Source of the DNA: an uncultured Candidatus Saccharibacteria bacterium
GTDB lineage: Bacteria > Patescibacteriota > Saccharimonadia > Saccharimonadales > CAYUUR01
Length of the DNA stretch: 64,000 nt
Assembly: GCA_964448075.1 (NCBI GenBank)
Contig: CAYUUR010000002.1
Span: 645-64,644, forward strand
Direction of reading: 5' to 3'
Under the pieces are notes generated by a model. That model made no database searches. It saw only the letters and a program-made list of their open reading frames with translations, and was not told the origin of the DNA. Of this stretch, positions 1 through 11,729 are shown piece by piece. Numbering within the stretch: position 1 is the first letter of the stretch; the number at the start of each line of letters is the position of its first letter. A program made the translations under genes and the position numbers.

Positions 1-343
1 CACGTATGGCGACCCATCGCGATACAGATGTACTGCCATTCCGACTGATTCGCGGGCATCGTCTTCGTAGTAGCCTTTACCCAGCTTGCCTAGACTCACT
101 TCATCGGCACCCCACAGTTGAGCCGGAAACTTCGGTGACTGCCTTCGGTATAGGTCGGGGCATTTTGAGCCCTGACCCAGATAGTAGACTTCACCATTGT
201 CTGCTAGCCACTGTATTTCCGCATCGGGCAGAGACAATGTAGCAAGTGCAGCGCCTAATTGCCGCTCTCGTGTTTGTGAAACGCTGCGAGCAAAAATTAG
301 CCGTGCTGGCAATTCAGGTTGAAACTTCTCTAAATCACTCATT
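1..343 (-). CDS. hypothetical protein, N-terminal fragment; the gene continues past the left window edge
   Basis: ATG at 341-343 on the minus strand; an open frame of more than 114 codons runs off the window (MSDLEKFQPELPARLIFARS...). Not in the ORF track because it has no stop in the window. Confidence 0.4.
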
Positions 344-383
344 GATTTATATACTATAGCATGTAAATCGAGTTCTGCAAGTA

Positions 384-2978
384 CTACTCAGCGGCAATGA
401 CTTCGGTGGTTTCTTCATCGTCGTCTTCAGTGTCGGCAACGTGCTTAACAAGCGCGAGTGATGCAACGGTGTCTTTGTCATTCATACGCATGATGCGGAC
501 ACCTTGCGTGGCCCGACCGAGCGCAGGAATATCCTTCAGACCAAGACGGATGGTCTGACCCTGGGTTGAGATAATGATTACCTCGTCTTCTTCATCGGTC
601 AGAGCTTTTACGCCAATCAATTTACCTGTCTTGGTGTTCACTACAGCCGAACGGATACCAACACCGCCACGAGCGTGTGCCGTGAACTGAGCTATCTTGG
701 TACGCTTACCGTAGCCGTATTCACTGATAACAAAGATGTTGGTGTCTTCAGAGACAATATCCATACCAATCACCTGATCACCGGCGCGCAAACGGATGCC
801 ACGCACCCCGCGTGATACGCGACCCATTGGTCGTGCGTCTTTTTCATGGAAGCGGATAGCCTGTCCTTGTGAGGTCGAGATAACTACTTCGTTATCGCCG
901 GTTGTCATTCTGATCCAGCGTAATTCATCCCCTTCATCGAGGTTGATAGCAATCAGCCCTGTTTGACGGACATTCTGATACTGCTCAAACGCTGTCTTCT
1001 TCACGACGCCGCGTACCGTACACATCATCAGGTAGCCAGTCTTCTTGTCTTGCTTGCTGACGTTAATAACAGCGCTGACAGTTTCTTCTGGCTGGAGTTG
1101 CAATAGATTGACCAGTGCGACACCCTTGGCACTCAGAGAGGCCGCAGGAACTTCGTAAGTCTTCAGTCTGAATACGCGACCCTTATTGGTAAAGAACAGG
1201 AGGAAATCGTGCGTAGAAGCGTTCACAACGTGCTCGATGACGTCTTCTTCTCGCGTTACCATGCCACGCTTGCCCTTACCGCCACGGCCTTGTTTGCGGT
1301 ATTCGGCGATTGAGCTGCGCTTGATGTAGTTGGCGCTGGTCAATGTGACGGCCACTTGCTCATCAGGAATGAGATCTTCATCGCCGAGACGGTTGAGCTC
1401 TTGTGCTACAACTTTGGTACGACGATCGTCGCCAAATTGCTTCTTAAGGACAAGTAATTCTTCCTTGATGATGGCCAAGATCCGTTTTTCGTCCGCTAAA
1501 ATAGCCTCGAGTTCGGCGATAATCTTAAGGAGTTCGGCGAGTTCGTCCTCGATCTTCTTTCGTTCCAGACCAGCAAGCGTTCGCAGTTGCATAGCCAAGA
1601 TAGCCTTTGCCTGGATCTCAGAGAGCTTAAACTTCTTGATCAGATTAGCCTGGGCTTCCTCAGTTGTCTGGGAGGCCCGAATTGTCGCGATAACCTCGTC
1701 AATGTGATCAAGCGCGATCTTAAGACCCTCGAGGATGTGGGCACGGTCTTTAGCTTTACGGAGTTCAAATTCAGTACGACGGCGAACGACAGTACGACGG
1801 TGCTTGAGGTATTCCTCAAGGATATCTTTGAGCCCAAGCACTCGCGGCTGAATGCCGTCGATAAGCGCCAACATGTTGTAGTGGAAGGTTGTCTGTAGCG
1901 GCGTCATCTTATAGAGCTGGTTCAAAATTTTCTTAGGATAGGCATCTTTCTTGAGGTCAATGACCATACGGACTGCGCCACGCGCCGTTTCGTCACGAAG
2001 ATCAGATATACCCGTAATCTTCTTTTCCTTCACGAGGTCAGCTATCTTCTCGATCAGACTGGTTTTGTTGAGCGCGTACGGAATCTCGGTGATGATAATC
2101 TGATGCTTGCCCTTTTTGGACTCCTCAATATTTGCAACACCACGAACCACAACGCCGCCCTTACCCGTTGCGAACGCGGTACGAATAGAGTCAGCGCCGT
2201 AAATAATACCGCCCGTTGGGAAGTCAGGTCCTTTGACGTGCTTCAATAGGTCATCAAGCGTCGCCTCAGGGTTCTCGATGAGCTCAGTGATGGCGTCGAC
2301 AATTTCGTTAAGGTTGTGCGGTGGGATATTGGTTGCCATACCGACGGCAATACCCATCTGACCGTTCAGGAGTAGGTTTGGCAAGCGAGCCGGTAACACC
2401 TCTGGTTCCATTTCACTGCCATCGTAGTTCTCACGGAATGGCACGGTGTCTTTGTCGATGTCTTCGAGCAATGCTAGACCAGCCTTGGCCATACGCGCCT
2501 CTGTATAACGCTGGGCAGCTGGTGGATCACCATCCATTGAACCAAAGTTACCTTGACCGTCCACCAACAGATAACGGGTAGACCAGTCTTGCGCCAAGCG
2601 TACCATGGCGTCATAAATCGCTACATCACCGTGCGGGTGGTATTTACCCATTACATCACCGGTGATACGTGCGCTCTTCACATACTTTGATCCCGGCTTC
2701 CAGCCGTTCTTGTCCATAGAGTAGAGAATACGGCGGTGCACCGGCTTCATACCGTCACGCACATCTGGCAAGGCACGCGCAACAATCACACTCATGGAGT
2801 AACGCAGGTAGCTGTCTTCCATGACGTCTTCTACGGTACGGAGCTCAAGCGTTCGTGAGTGATCGCTACTAACGCGCTCAGAATTATCAAAGATGTTGTC
2901 TGGGTTACTTAGAATCTCACCGCTGTCTTTAGTGCTATCTGTTGTCATATCGTTATCGTCTTTTTTCTTGTCGTCCAT
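384..2978 (-). CDS. gyrA: DNA gyrase subunit A
   Basis: 864 aa; canonical GyrA N-terminus ([12 protein letters not shown]...KYHPHGD) and repeated C-terminal beta-pinwheel blades. Confidence 0.97.
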   Translation of the reverse strand: MDDKKKDDNDMTTDSTKDSGEILSNPDNIFDNSERVSSDHSRTLELRTVEDVMEDSYLRYSMSVIVARALPDVRDGMKPVHRRILYSMDKNGWKPGSKYVKSARITGDVMGKYHPHGDVAIYDAMVRLAQDWSTRYLLVDGQGNFGSMDGDPPAAQRYTEARMAKAGLALLEDIDKDTVPFRENYDGSEMEPEVLPARLPNLLLNGQMGIAVGMATNIPPHNLNEIVDAITELIENPEATLDDLLKHVKGPDFPTGGIIYGADSIRTAFATGKGGVVVRGVANIEESKKGKHQIIITEIPYALNKTSLIEKIADLVKEKKITGISDLRDETARGAVRMVIDLKKDAYPKKILNQLYKMTPLQTTFHYNMLALIDGIQPRVLGLKDILEEYLKHRRTVVRRRTEFELRKAKDRAHILEGLKIALDHIDEVIATIRASQTTEEAQANLIKKFKLSEIQAKAILAMQLRTLAGLERKKIEDELAELLKIIAELEAILADEKRILAIIKEELLVLKKQFGDDRRTKVVAQELNRLGDEDLIPDEQVAVTLTSANYIKRSSIAEYRKQGRGGKGKRGMVTREEDVIEHVVNASTHDFLLFFTNKGRVFRLKTYEVPAASLSAKGVALVNLLQLQPEETVSAVINVSKQDKKTGYLMMCTVRGVVKKTAFEQYQNVRQTGLIAINLDEGDELRWIRMTTGDNEVVISTSQGQAIRFHEKDARPMGRVSRGVRGIRLRAGDQVIGMDIVSEDTNIFVISEYGYGKRTKIAQFTAHARGGVGIRSAVVNTKTGKLIGVKALTDEEDEVIIISTQGQTIRLGLKDIPALGRATQGVRIMRMNDKDTVASLALVKHVADTEDDDEETTEVIAAE

Positions 2979-2979
2979 A

Positions 2980-4965
<1,986 letters not shown>

Positions 4966-5119
4966 TTAGTTTTCCCACTCGTTACAAATAGTATAACGGA
5001 ATTGGGCATTCTGTACAACTTCGTGAAGTCACAGGATTTAAGGGGTGGAATCTCTGTTTCCACGCGACTATTCCCCACTTCTCAGCACAAATTATACAAA
5101 AAGCATGACTTAGGCTTGT

Positions 5120-6841
5120 TTGAACACATGCTTTTATGGTTCAATAAGCAGTAGCATTATACACAAGTACATAAAAAGTAAAAGAAAAAATATGTTCAAT
5201 AAACTCATCGCTAACCTGCCCTTCAATCCAAGTCTGATAAATCAGGTGGCTTTTTACAGTAAGCGATTACGACGAGAAACCGCCATACGGCGTATGGGCT
5301 TTGTGTTTGTTGCTCTGACATTCTTTGTACAGATGTTTGCGGTATTTGCACCTCCTGAACCCTCACTCGCCGCCTCTGGCAACGATGTCATTTATGGTGG
5401 GTTCAGCTCCATTAGCGCTGCAGCTAATAACTGTAAGAGTGATACGCAGGACTTTCGGAAAATCCTCCAGCACTTTGGTATTACGTGTGAAAACATCGAA
5501 CTCGGCACCACCGTCCAGCTCGGACGTGGCGATTATAATGGACAGCTCTACTCAATGGGTCGTCACCGCGCGAGTCGCGGCTGGGACAAAGAAGTTCAGA
5601 TTGACGGCGCCGGCACTCTCTATATGGGGAAAACCGCAGATCGCTGGCGCGCTAGCAGCTTTAAAGCTATTTCCTTAACGAACTCAGCAGGTGCACAGTT
5701 CTATCTCTTATATGATTGCGGTAACCTCGTAACGGTTGGTCCGCCGACTATACCGCCGCCAGTGGAACCACCACCGCCACCACCTACGCCAGTGCGAGTT
5801 GTCGCCTGTAACCTATTATCGATGAGCCTTCCTGATGGCGGCACAGTAAAGGCTGGTTCACTCGTCAGTGTGCGTGGCCGCGCAGCTGGTCGTAACGTTG
5901 CAGCCAACGAATCAGTCAGTATGTATTACGAAATGACCAACAAAGACACTGGGGCTCGTGTTGGCTTTGTGCAAGAAGCACAAGGGGTTGAATTCTCCGA
6001 AAACGGACCTGGTGACCTCAGGTACGCATCTGACCCAACATGGCGCCGCTTCACCATCGACAATCCAGGCGTCTACCAATTCAAGCTGAGCGTTAAGTAT
6101 GACTCAGCCTCAAAGGACGCCATATTTAACGGTATCAATCACTGTCAGAAAACCATCACTGCAGAGAAAGAAGATGTTTGCCCAGAGTTACCGGGTGATC
6201 AAGACAGTTCAGACCAGTGTGAAGTGTGCCCTATTTCTGGCGATAACAACGAAGAGCTGTGTCTCATCCTAAGTAAGAAAGCTGCAAATGACACACAAAA
6301 CATCGATGACGCCAACGGAAAGGTTGCTCAACCGGGCGATCAAGTCACCTACACATTAACCGCGGCTAACAAAAACAAGAAAGTATACAGGGACTTTGTG
6401 GTTGAGGAACCGATCGCTGATGTCCTCGAGTACGCCGATATCGTTGACTTTCACGGCGGTAGACTTGAGACACTCAACGACGTGCAAATGGTGCTATGGC
6501 CCGAAACCGATATTCCAGCTAACGGCAGTATAGATAAACAACTCACTATCAAGATAAAAGACCCCTTGCCTGCCACCAACACGCCGGCATCCGACCCGGC
6601 ATCATTTGATATGCTCATGACCAACATTTACGGCAACAAGATAGACATTCCTCTGCCTCCACCCCCAAGTAAACGAGTTGAACAGACTATTGGCGCCCTG
6701 CCTAACACCGGTCCCGCTGAGAATCTCGCTGCCGCTGTACTGCTTACAACGTTTGTTGGATACTTCTTTGCCCGTAGTCGTCTTATGAGAAAAGAACTGG
6801 ACATTGTCAGAAGTGAATACGATGCAGGAGGCATAGCATGA
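5120..6841 (+). CDS. LPXTG-anchored cell-wall surface protein with a Pro-rich linker and a DUF11-like repeat domain
   Basis: C-terminal LPNTG, then a hydrophobic segment and an RSRLMRK tail (sortase sorting signal). N-terminal signal/TM (MGFVFVALTFFVQMFAVFA). PPTIPPPVEPPPPPPTP linker. GDQVTYTLTAANKNKK is DUF11-like. The true start may be the ATG at 5183. Confidence 0.75.
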   Translation: MNTCFYGSISSSIIHKYIKSKRKNMFNKLIANLPFNPSLINQVAFYSKRLRRETAIRRMGFVFVALTFFVQMFAVFAPPEPSLAASGNDVIYGGFSSISAAANNCKSDTQDFRKILQHFGITCENIELGTTVQLGRGDYNGQLYSMGRHRASRGWDKEVQIDGAGTLYMGKTADRWRASSFKAISLTNSAGAQFYLLYDCGNLVTVGPPTIPPPVEPPPPPPTPVRVVACNLLSMSLPDGGTVKAGSLVSVRGRAAGRNVAANESVSMYYEMTNKDTGARVGFVQEAQGVEFSENGPGDLRYASDPTWRRFTIDNPGVYQFKLSVKYDSASKDAIFNGINHCQKTITAEKEDVCPELPGDQDSSDQCEVCPISGDNNEELCLILSKKAANDTQNIDDANGKVAQPGDQVTYTLTAANKNKKVYRDFVVEEPIADVLEYADIVDFHGGRLETLNDVQMVLWPETDIPANGSIDKQLTIKIKDPLPATNTPASDPASFDMLMTNIYGNKIDIPLPPPPSKRVEQTIGALPNTGPAENLAAAVLLTTFVGYFFARSRLMRKELDIVRSEYDAGGIA

Positions 6842-7401
6842 GCGAGAAATACATTCCCCGCCACGAACAGCGTGAGCATACACCTGACGCGCACGAAAAT
6901 GTTCATGAACATCAAGAGAGACTCGCCCGAAGCGTTGAACACGGTAAAGAAGCTCGTCATGAACAAGCCGAAAAACTCCCTGAGCTACAAGAACAAGCCA
7001 AAGCAGAAGCAATCAGCGGCAAAGAGTTCAGTGTTGCCGAAAAGGAACAACCCCAACCCGTAAGCAACCTTGAGATTAATCGATCGGTCAAAGAAGCATC
7101 GCGACGACGCGTTATGAAACGCGTACGACGTCATTTGCGGCCTGACGAACGTCTGTTGAGCAAAGTCACCCATCAACCCGTTGTAGACGCTGTCAGTCGT
7201 GCTGCCGAGAAAACCATTGCCCGTCCATCAGGACTTTTCGGTGGCGGCCTAGTTGCATTCGTCGGTAGTACTGCATATTTATGGATCGCCCGTCATTACG
7301 GCTATTCGTACAATTATTTCTTGTTCATTGCACTATTCGTTGGTGGCTTTTTCCTTGGGATGACGATTGAGCTACTCGTAAAAAGCCTTCGCAAGAAGTA
7401 A
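6838..7401 (+). CDS. hypothetical His/Glu-rich protein with a C-terminal double TM segment
   Basis: Start overlaps the upstream stop (ATGA). N-terminus is rich in H/E/Q/R (HEQREHTPDAHENVHEHQE). C-terminal GLFGGGLVAFVGSTAYLWI...FFLGMTIELLV hydrophobic helices. Confidence 0.55.
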   Translation: MSEKYIPRHEQREHTPDAHENVHEHQERLARSVEHGKEARHEQAEKLPELQEQAKAEAISGKEFSVAEKEQPQPVSNLEINRSVKEASRRRVMKRVRRHLRPDERLLSKVTHQPVVDAVSRAAEKTIARPSGLFGGGLVAFVGSTAYLWIARHYGYSYNYFLFIALFVGGFFLGMTIELLVKSLRKK

Positions 7402-7403
7402 CC

Positions 7404-10400
7404 TTACTTCACGCTCGAGTCTGATGAAGTCGGTGGAGTATCCGTTTTTGGCGTTGCCGATGTATCGGCTTCTTGTTTGGGATGAAGCATGCCTTCTTGA
7501 TCAATATATATAGTGTCGTTGCTTTCTTCGTGTACAACTGGCGTAGGGCTCCGACGCAACTTTATCTCACCTTCATGACCTGTTTTAACTGGAATATGCG
7601 GCTTAGGAGGTGGCGGCGTTACATGCAATGGCTGCAGCGATGGCTTTATTTCGGCTGGCTCAGCTTGGGCAGGCGACATATCAACGTGACTTGGCGGTTG
7701 AAGTGGCTGCTGTGGCTGAGTCACAGGTGTAGGCGCGGCGGCTGGAGGTGTATTCAAGTATGTATGGTGAGCTGTAGCAGCTGGTACTGGCGGCACCTGA
7801 CTGTGGTGCAACGGCTGTGGATACGCAGGAGGCATCGGTGCAGGTGTATGCTGGACAGCCGACGGGACACCTGCTGGCACTGGTGACGCGACAGGTCGCT
7901 GGCCAAATGCCGGTGCTGGTTGCGGTGGTACTTGTCTAGCCGGAGGAAAGCCTGTAGTCGGCGGCGGAGCAATTGGCTTCGTTCCACGCTTGGCAAGCCA
8001 GTCATCTAAGAATGAAGATCCGGCTGCAGGTCGCGGTGGCACGGCGCGCCCGGCAGGATACCCTGCTGGAGGATATTGACCAGCGGCCGGCATACCAGGT
8101 CGAGCGCCTGGTCTTGCGCCAGCTGGCGCCAATGGTGCAGGTTGTGACCGCAATCTTTCCATTATCTCACCGCTCACTTTTGCTCTTGGACGGCCATGCT
8201 TAGCCGCTGAGAGCTGTTTCAATGCCTGACCGAGTTGTGTATTAGGTTCACCCAAAAGTGGCACCGTAGACATACTAAAGGACTGCGTTGGAACACCGCC
8301 GATAAGCATTCGAACGATCGCGTTATGATTTGGCACGCGCTGCAGGTCATCGACGTCAAAAACAGGCGCAAATTGTTTGGCCAAGAATTCTGCGTCATTA
8401 GTGCCAACACGAAACGCAATTATTGAACCAATGTTACCAAATACCGCATCGCGAATCTCTTCTGTTAGCTGCGTAGTAAACTGGTTTGCCACTGTTAAGT
8501 TCAATCGATACTTCCGAGCCTCTGACAAAATCGTAGCAAAAGAATCAGTCGAGAAGTTCTGGAACTCATCAACGTACAAAGAGAAATCTTTGCGGTCATC
8601 TTCTGGGATATCTGACCGACTCATAGCTGCAGCCTGGAATTTCATTACAAAGATCATACCGAGAAGCTTGGAGTTTAACTCCCCTGTTTTTCCCTTGCTG
8701 AGATTAACAAGCAGTATCTTGCCTTCATCCATAATTTGTCTGATCTGAAAGGCGCTCTCTGTCTGTCCAATAATATTGCGCATCATCTCATTAGAGAGAA
8801 AGGCGCCAAACTTACTGGCCACCCAGCTCGTGACTTCTCCTGATTCATTGGAGCGCTGTGAGTTTGGCCATTCCTTTGTCCAGAAATCCAGGACGTTCTG
8901 ATCAGTAACGTGCTTAAGTTTTGCTTTCATAAATGCTGGGTCAACCAGTAACTTCGGTATATCAACGAACGTTCCACCTGCAGGGTCAGCCATCAGTAGG
9001 AGTGCACAGTTGCGGAAGATATGTTCAAACCGTGGCCCCATCATGCCCTGTCTGTTTGGATCATACAGCTTATATAGAATGTTGATAGCTTCCTGAATCA
9101 AGAAGTCTTTCTGGTCCGGGTTATCGAACTCAAACAAGTTAAGCCCGAGCGGATAGTCCATATCTGACGGACAGAAGTATATGACGTCTTCGGTACGCTC
9201 TTTTGGCACCATAGACAGTAATCGTTCGGCACCGTCGCCATGCGGGTCGATATACGCAAAGCCTTTACCGTTTAACATGTCCTGGAGTGCCAGATTTTCC
9301 ATCATGGTCGACTTACCAGTACCTGTTTGTCCAACAAGATACATGTGACGACGGCGATCTTCGTCAGCCAGTCGTATTGGCTTTTTGACACCGCGGAAGA
9401 CGTTGTAGCCAAGGAACGTCCCTGTCTCGCTCATACTGCGTGGCCCATCAGCTTGTTTAGAACTTTGACGCTCAAGCTGGGACGTTGGAATGTTCTTCTG
9501 GTCCGGGAAGTGGAAGATTGTTGCAAGCTCAACAGAGTTGAGAATATTCTGGTTACACTCCTGCGGGAAAAAGCGCAAAATATATGCTGTTACGAAGCTA
9601 TCGATGTCCTTCGATGGCGTAAACTTGAACCCGTTGCGCCCTGGCGCATCAAACAACGAGAATGAAGCAACGATATTACTCAATATCGTCTGTGAGCGCT
9701 GCACAACGTTTGACGAAGCTACAACGCGTATCAAAACTTCATAGCCTGGGTGGTTAGTCTTGTCATCTATCGCGTCAACGACCGACTGCTCATGAGATGA
9801 AAGATCAGGCTTGTCGCTACCTCCACCACTCTTGTCTTCTGGCGGTTTAACCAGCGCAGTTGCAAGCTGTTTACCCCACTCGCCGACTTGCGCAGTGCCT
9901 TTCTTGCTCTTATCACCTTTTCGTTTCTTACTTGCTACTGCCTGTGCAGTTTTGCGCCAGTCATTGTTTGCCGGTCGCATTAAGATCTGGATACCAGCTC
10001 CATCTTCTTTATCAAGCGTTGATAGCGCATTCAGAATCGACTGTAGAGCATCACGCTTGAGATCTCGGAATGTCGCGATCGGGTAGGCATATGGCTCCTT
10101 CAAAGTCAGCTCACCGCCAACCGTACCGCTGATCTTGCCCACCGGACTGAATATGTTATGTTCAGCAACCTCCTCAAGGCGTGCGGTCGGGTAGGCACTC
10201 ACAACCGCCTGCTTCACTACATCTACAAGTACAATTGGCACAGCAGCATAGAACTGTACAAAACCTCTCGAGCCGATAATTTCAAAAGCAAAATGCCTCT
10301 GGCCATAAAACTTCGTTTTGAAGCCTTTTTGTACGGTGCTCGATATAATATTGTAAACAACTTGTGCTTTGGAAACGTTTTCATCGTTTACTTCGCGAGC

Positions 10401-10586
10401 ATCACGTCCACCCACTTGGGTATCTTCACTTATTGGCGGTAAATGGATTAGGAGCGGCACCATCTTGAGGCCACGTTCGTAGTTCTTCTGCTCACGCAAT
10501 ACCTTCCTCGAGTGAAGATAAATAGCAAAACCTACCCCAGCAGCCAGTAGTAACAGTACGCAAAGAATGATTAAGAATACGCCCAC
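7404..10586 (-). CDS. VirD4/TraG/TraD-family (type IV coupling-protein-like) P-loop ATPase with N-terminal TM anchor and a ~340-aa Pro-rich low-complexity C-terminal tail
   Basis: N-terminal TM (MGVFLIILCVLLLLAAGVGFAIYL). Walker A (YLVGQTGTGKST), YIDPHGD, Walker-B-like LYVDEFQNF. C-terminal third is P/A/G/Q-rich (PAPLAPAGARPGARPG...PPPPKPHIPV). Confidence 0.7.
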   Translation of the reverse strand: MGVFLIILCVLLLLAAGVGFAIYLHSRKVLREQKNYERGLKMVPLLIHLPPISEDTQVGGRDAREVNDENVSKAQVVYNIISSTVQKGFKTKFYGQRHFAFEIIGSRGFVQFYAAVPIVLVDVVKQAVVSAYPTARLEEVAEHNIFSPVGKISGTVGGELTLKEPYAYPIATFRDLKRDALQSILNALSTLDKEDGAGIQILMRPANNDWRKTAQAVASKKRKGDKSKKGTAQVGEWGKQLATALVKPPEDKSGGGSDKPDLSSHEQSVVDAIDDKTNHPGYEVLIRVVASSNVVQRSQTILSNIVASFSLFDAPGRNGFKFTPSKDIDSFVTAYILRFFPQECNQNILNSVELATIFHFPDQKNIPTSQLERQSSKQADGPRSMSETGTFLGYNVFRGVKKPIRLADEDRRRHMYLVGQTGTGKSTMMENLALQDMLNGKGFAYIDPHGDGAERLLSMVPKERTEDVIYFCPSDMDYPLGLNLFEFDNPDQKDFLIQEAINILYKLYDPNRQGMMGPRFEHIFRNCALLLMADPAGGTFVDIPKLLVDPAFMKAKLKHVTDQNVLDFWTKEWPNSQRSNESGEVTSWVASKFGAFLSNEMMRNIIGQTESAFQIRQIMDEGKILLVNLSKGKTGELNSKLLGMIFVMKFQAAAMSRSDIPEDDRKDFSLYVDEFQNFSTDSFATILSEARKYRLNLTVANQFTTQLTEEIRDAVFGNIGSIIAFRVGTNDAEFLAKQFAPVFDVDDLQRVPNHNAIVRMLIGGVPTQSFSMSTVPLLGEPNTQLGQALKQLSAAKHGRPRAKVSGEIMERLRSQPAPLAPAGARPGARPGMPAAGQYPPAGYPAGRAVPPRPAAGSSFLDDWLAKRGTKPIAPPPTTGFPPARQVPPQPAPAFGQRPVASPVPAGVPSAVQHTPAPMPPAYPQPLHHSQVPPVPAATAHHTYLNTPPAAAPTPVTQPQQPLQPPSHVDMSPAQAEPAEIKPSLQPLHVTPPPPKPHIPVKTGHEGEIKLRRSPTPVVHEESNDTIYIDQEGMLHPKQEADTSATPKTDTPPTSSDSSVK

Positions 10587-10587
10587 G

Positions 10588-10992
10588 TTAGTCCTTGCTT
10601 ACCTTAATATCTTTGTTGTATCGCTTCTTTATGTAGTCGGCTTTTACCAGATTAATCTGTTTGTTCTGAAGATGTGGGTCGTTTCGAGTGTTGTCAACGA
10701 TAGCTTTAGCTTTGTTAACCCACTCTTTTTCAATTAAATCCGCGTCATCGGCCATCAGTTGATCGTCACTGAGTGGCGTTGTCGTGCCTGTTGTGGAGGT
10801 GGTAGCAGGATTGGGCACCGCAGGTATAGCAACGCTCGGCACAGAAATAGACGGCGCTTGCGGTGCTGCCTCTGGACCTATGGCAGAACCTTCGCTTGCC
10901 AGACGTTCTGCGAGAGGATCAACTGCACTCACCTCAGGCTGCGGCTTGGGCAAATTATAGTTTTGTGAGTGGTCGTTACTATTTAGGTTCAT
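10588..10992 (-). CDS. hypothetical protein (Pro/Thr-rich N-terminus), translationally coupled to the ATPase
   Basis: 134 aa; 1-nt spacer to the downstream ATPase gene; no recognisable motif. Confidence 0.5.
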   Translation of the reverse strand: MNLNSNDHSQNYNLPKPQPEVSAVDPLAERLASEGSAIGPEAAPQAPSISVPSVAIPAVPNPATTSTTGTTTPLSDDQLMADDADLIEKEWVNKAKAIVDNTRNDPHLQNKQINLVKADYIKKRYNKDIKVSKD

Positions 10993-11039
10993 CGTTGGTA
11001 TGAATTATAGCAAATAAACCTTTAGCTTAACAGAGGCGT

Positions 11040-11453
11040 TTATTGGTTAAAAATATGACTTTTCCGAACATAAAAAACTGTCATTATTAACAGAGTGGCT
11101 AGTAGCAAAATATCGCGAATAGTTAACTGTTCAACAGAGCTCAGCACTAACAGAAATGTCGGTACCGCCGACGCTGAAACGGCAAGCAAACTCACCCGTG
11201 TAACAGACATATTTGGAGTAACCTGATGTAAAAAATACTTAGCAGAATGGTACAAAGCAGCAAAAAAAAGCACAAACGGCACTATAAGCAAAGGTAATGG
11301 AGCGTCTTGGGGGTTCAATAAAAAGATCATGGCCGCCAAAGCCAGCCAAAAAGCTACAATCAGTAGAATTTGCTTATGTTTTTTTACCATGCCTACACTG
11401 TAGCAGTTCATTAAAAAAACATCACGTACTCTGTGATGTTTTATGCGGTTCAA
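11040..11453 (-). CDS. hypothetical small integral membrane protein
   Basis: 137 aa with 3-4 hydrophobic helices; same strand and operon as the ATPase. Confidence 0.5.
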   Translation of the reverse strand: MNRIKHHRVRDVFLMNCYSVGMVKKHKQILLIVAFWLALAAMIFLLNPQDAPLPLLIVPFVLFFAALYHSAKYFLHQVTPNMSVTRVSLLAVSASAVPTFLLVLSSVEQLTIRDILLLATLLIMTVFYVRKSHIFNQ

Positions 11454-11729
11454 AATGGTAGCCAGGACGACAAAACCGCTGCTTTAAATAGACTAATGAG
11501 CGCTTGCCGTCCGATGGCTTGACTGACCGCTCATACTGCGCTTTAGGCGTAGCAGAGCGACGAAGACCTTAGAACCTTTTGAAGAGATTTGTAAGTTTTT
11601 GTGTTCGTAACTTACGCTTATTAATCTACTACAGCATAAGCACTTTGTCAATAGTGTTCTGTACCGTATAGCACAACGTTACAGATCTAAAATTGAACAA
11701 TTATTTATTGTGATTTTTACACTGATCTA

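Noticed and set aside
1330-1898. ORFs 1330..1707(+), 1587..1898(+) and 1640..1837(-) nested in gyrA
   Set aside because: They lie entirely inside, or antisense to, a strongly supported gyrA frame. Their low-complexity Ser/Arg-rich translations have no motifs.
5701-5907. 68-aa minus-strand ORF with a G-rich GGGGGG translation
   Set aside because: It is the antisense of the PPPPPP-encoding linker of the LPXTG protein.
6836-6841. Alternative genetic code (UGA=Gly/Trp, as in some CPR lineages)
   Set aside because: TGA functions as a stop: the LPXTG protein ends correctly after its sorting signal at TGA (6839-6841), and the KGG ORF also ends at TGA. All conserved proteins align full-length under code 11.
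7473-8203. Plus-strand ORFs rich in Trp/Arg (7473..7886, 7973..8203) and the minus-strand ORF 7754..8005
   Set aside because: They are the other-strand or other-frame readings of the GC- and Pro-rich tail-coding region of the ATPase gene. This is compositional artefact.
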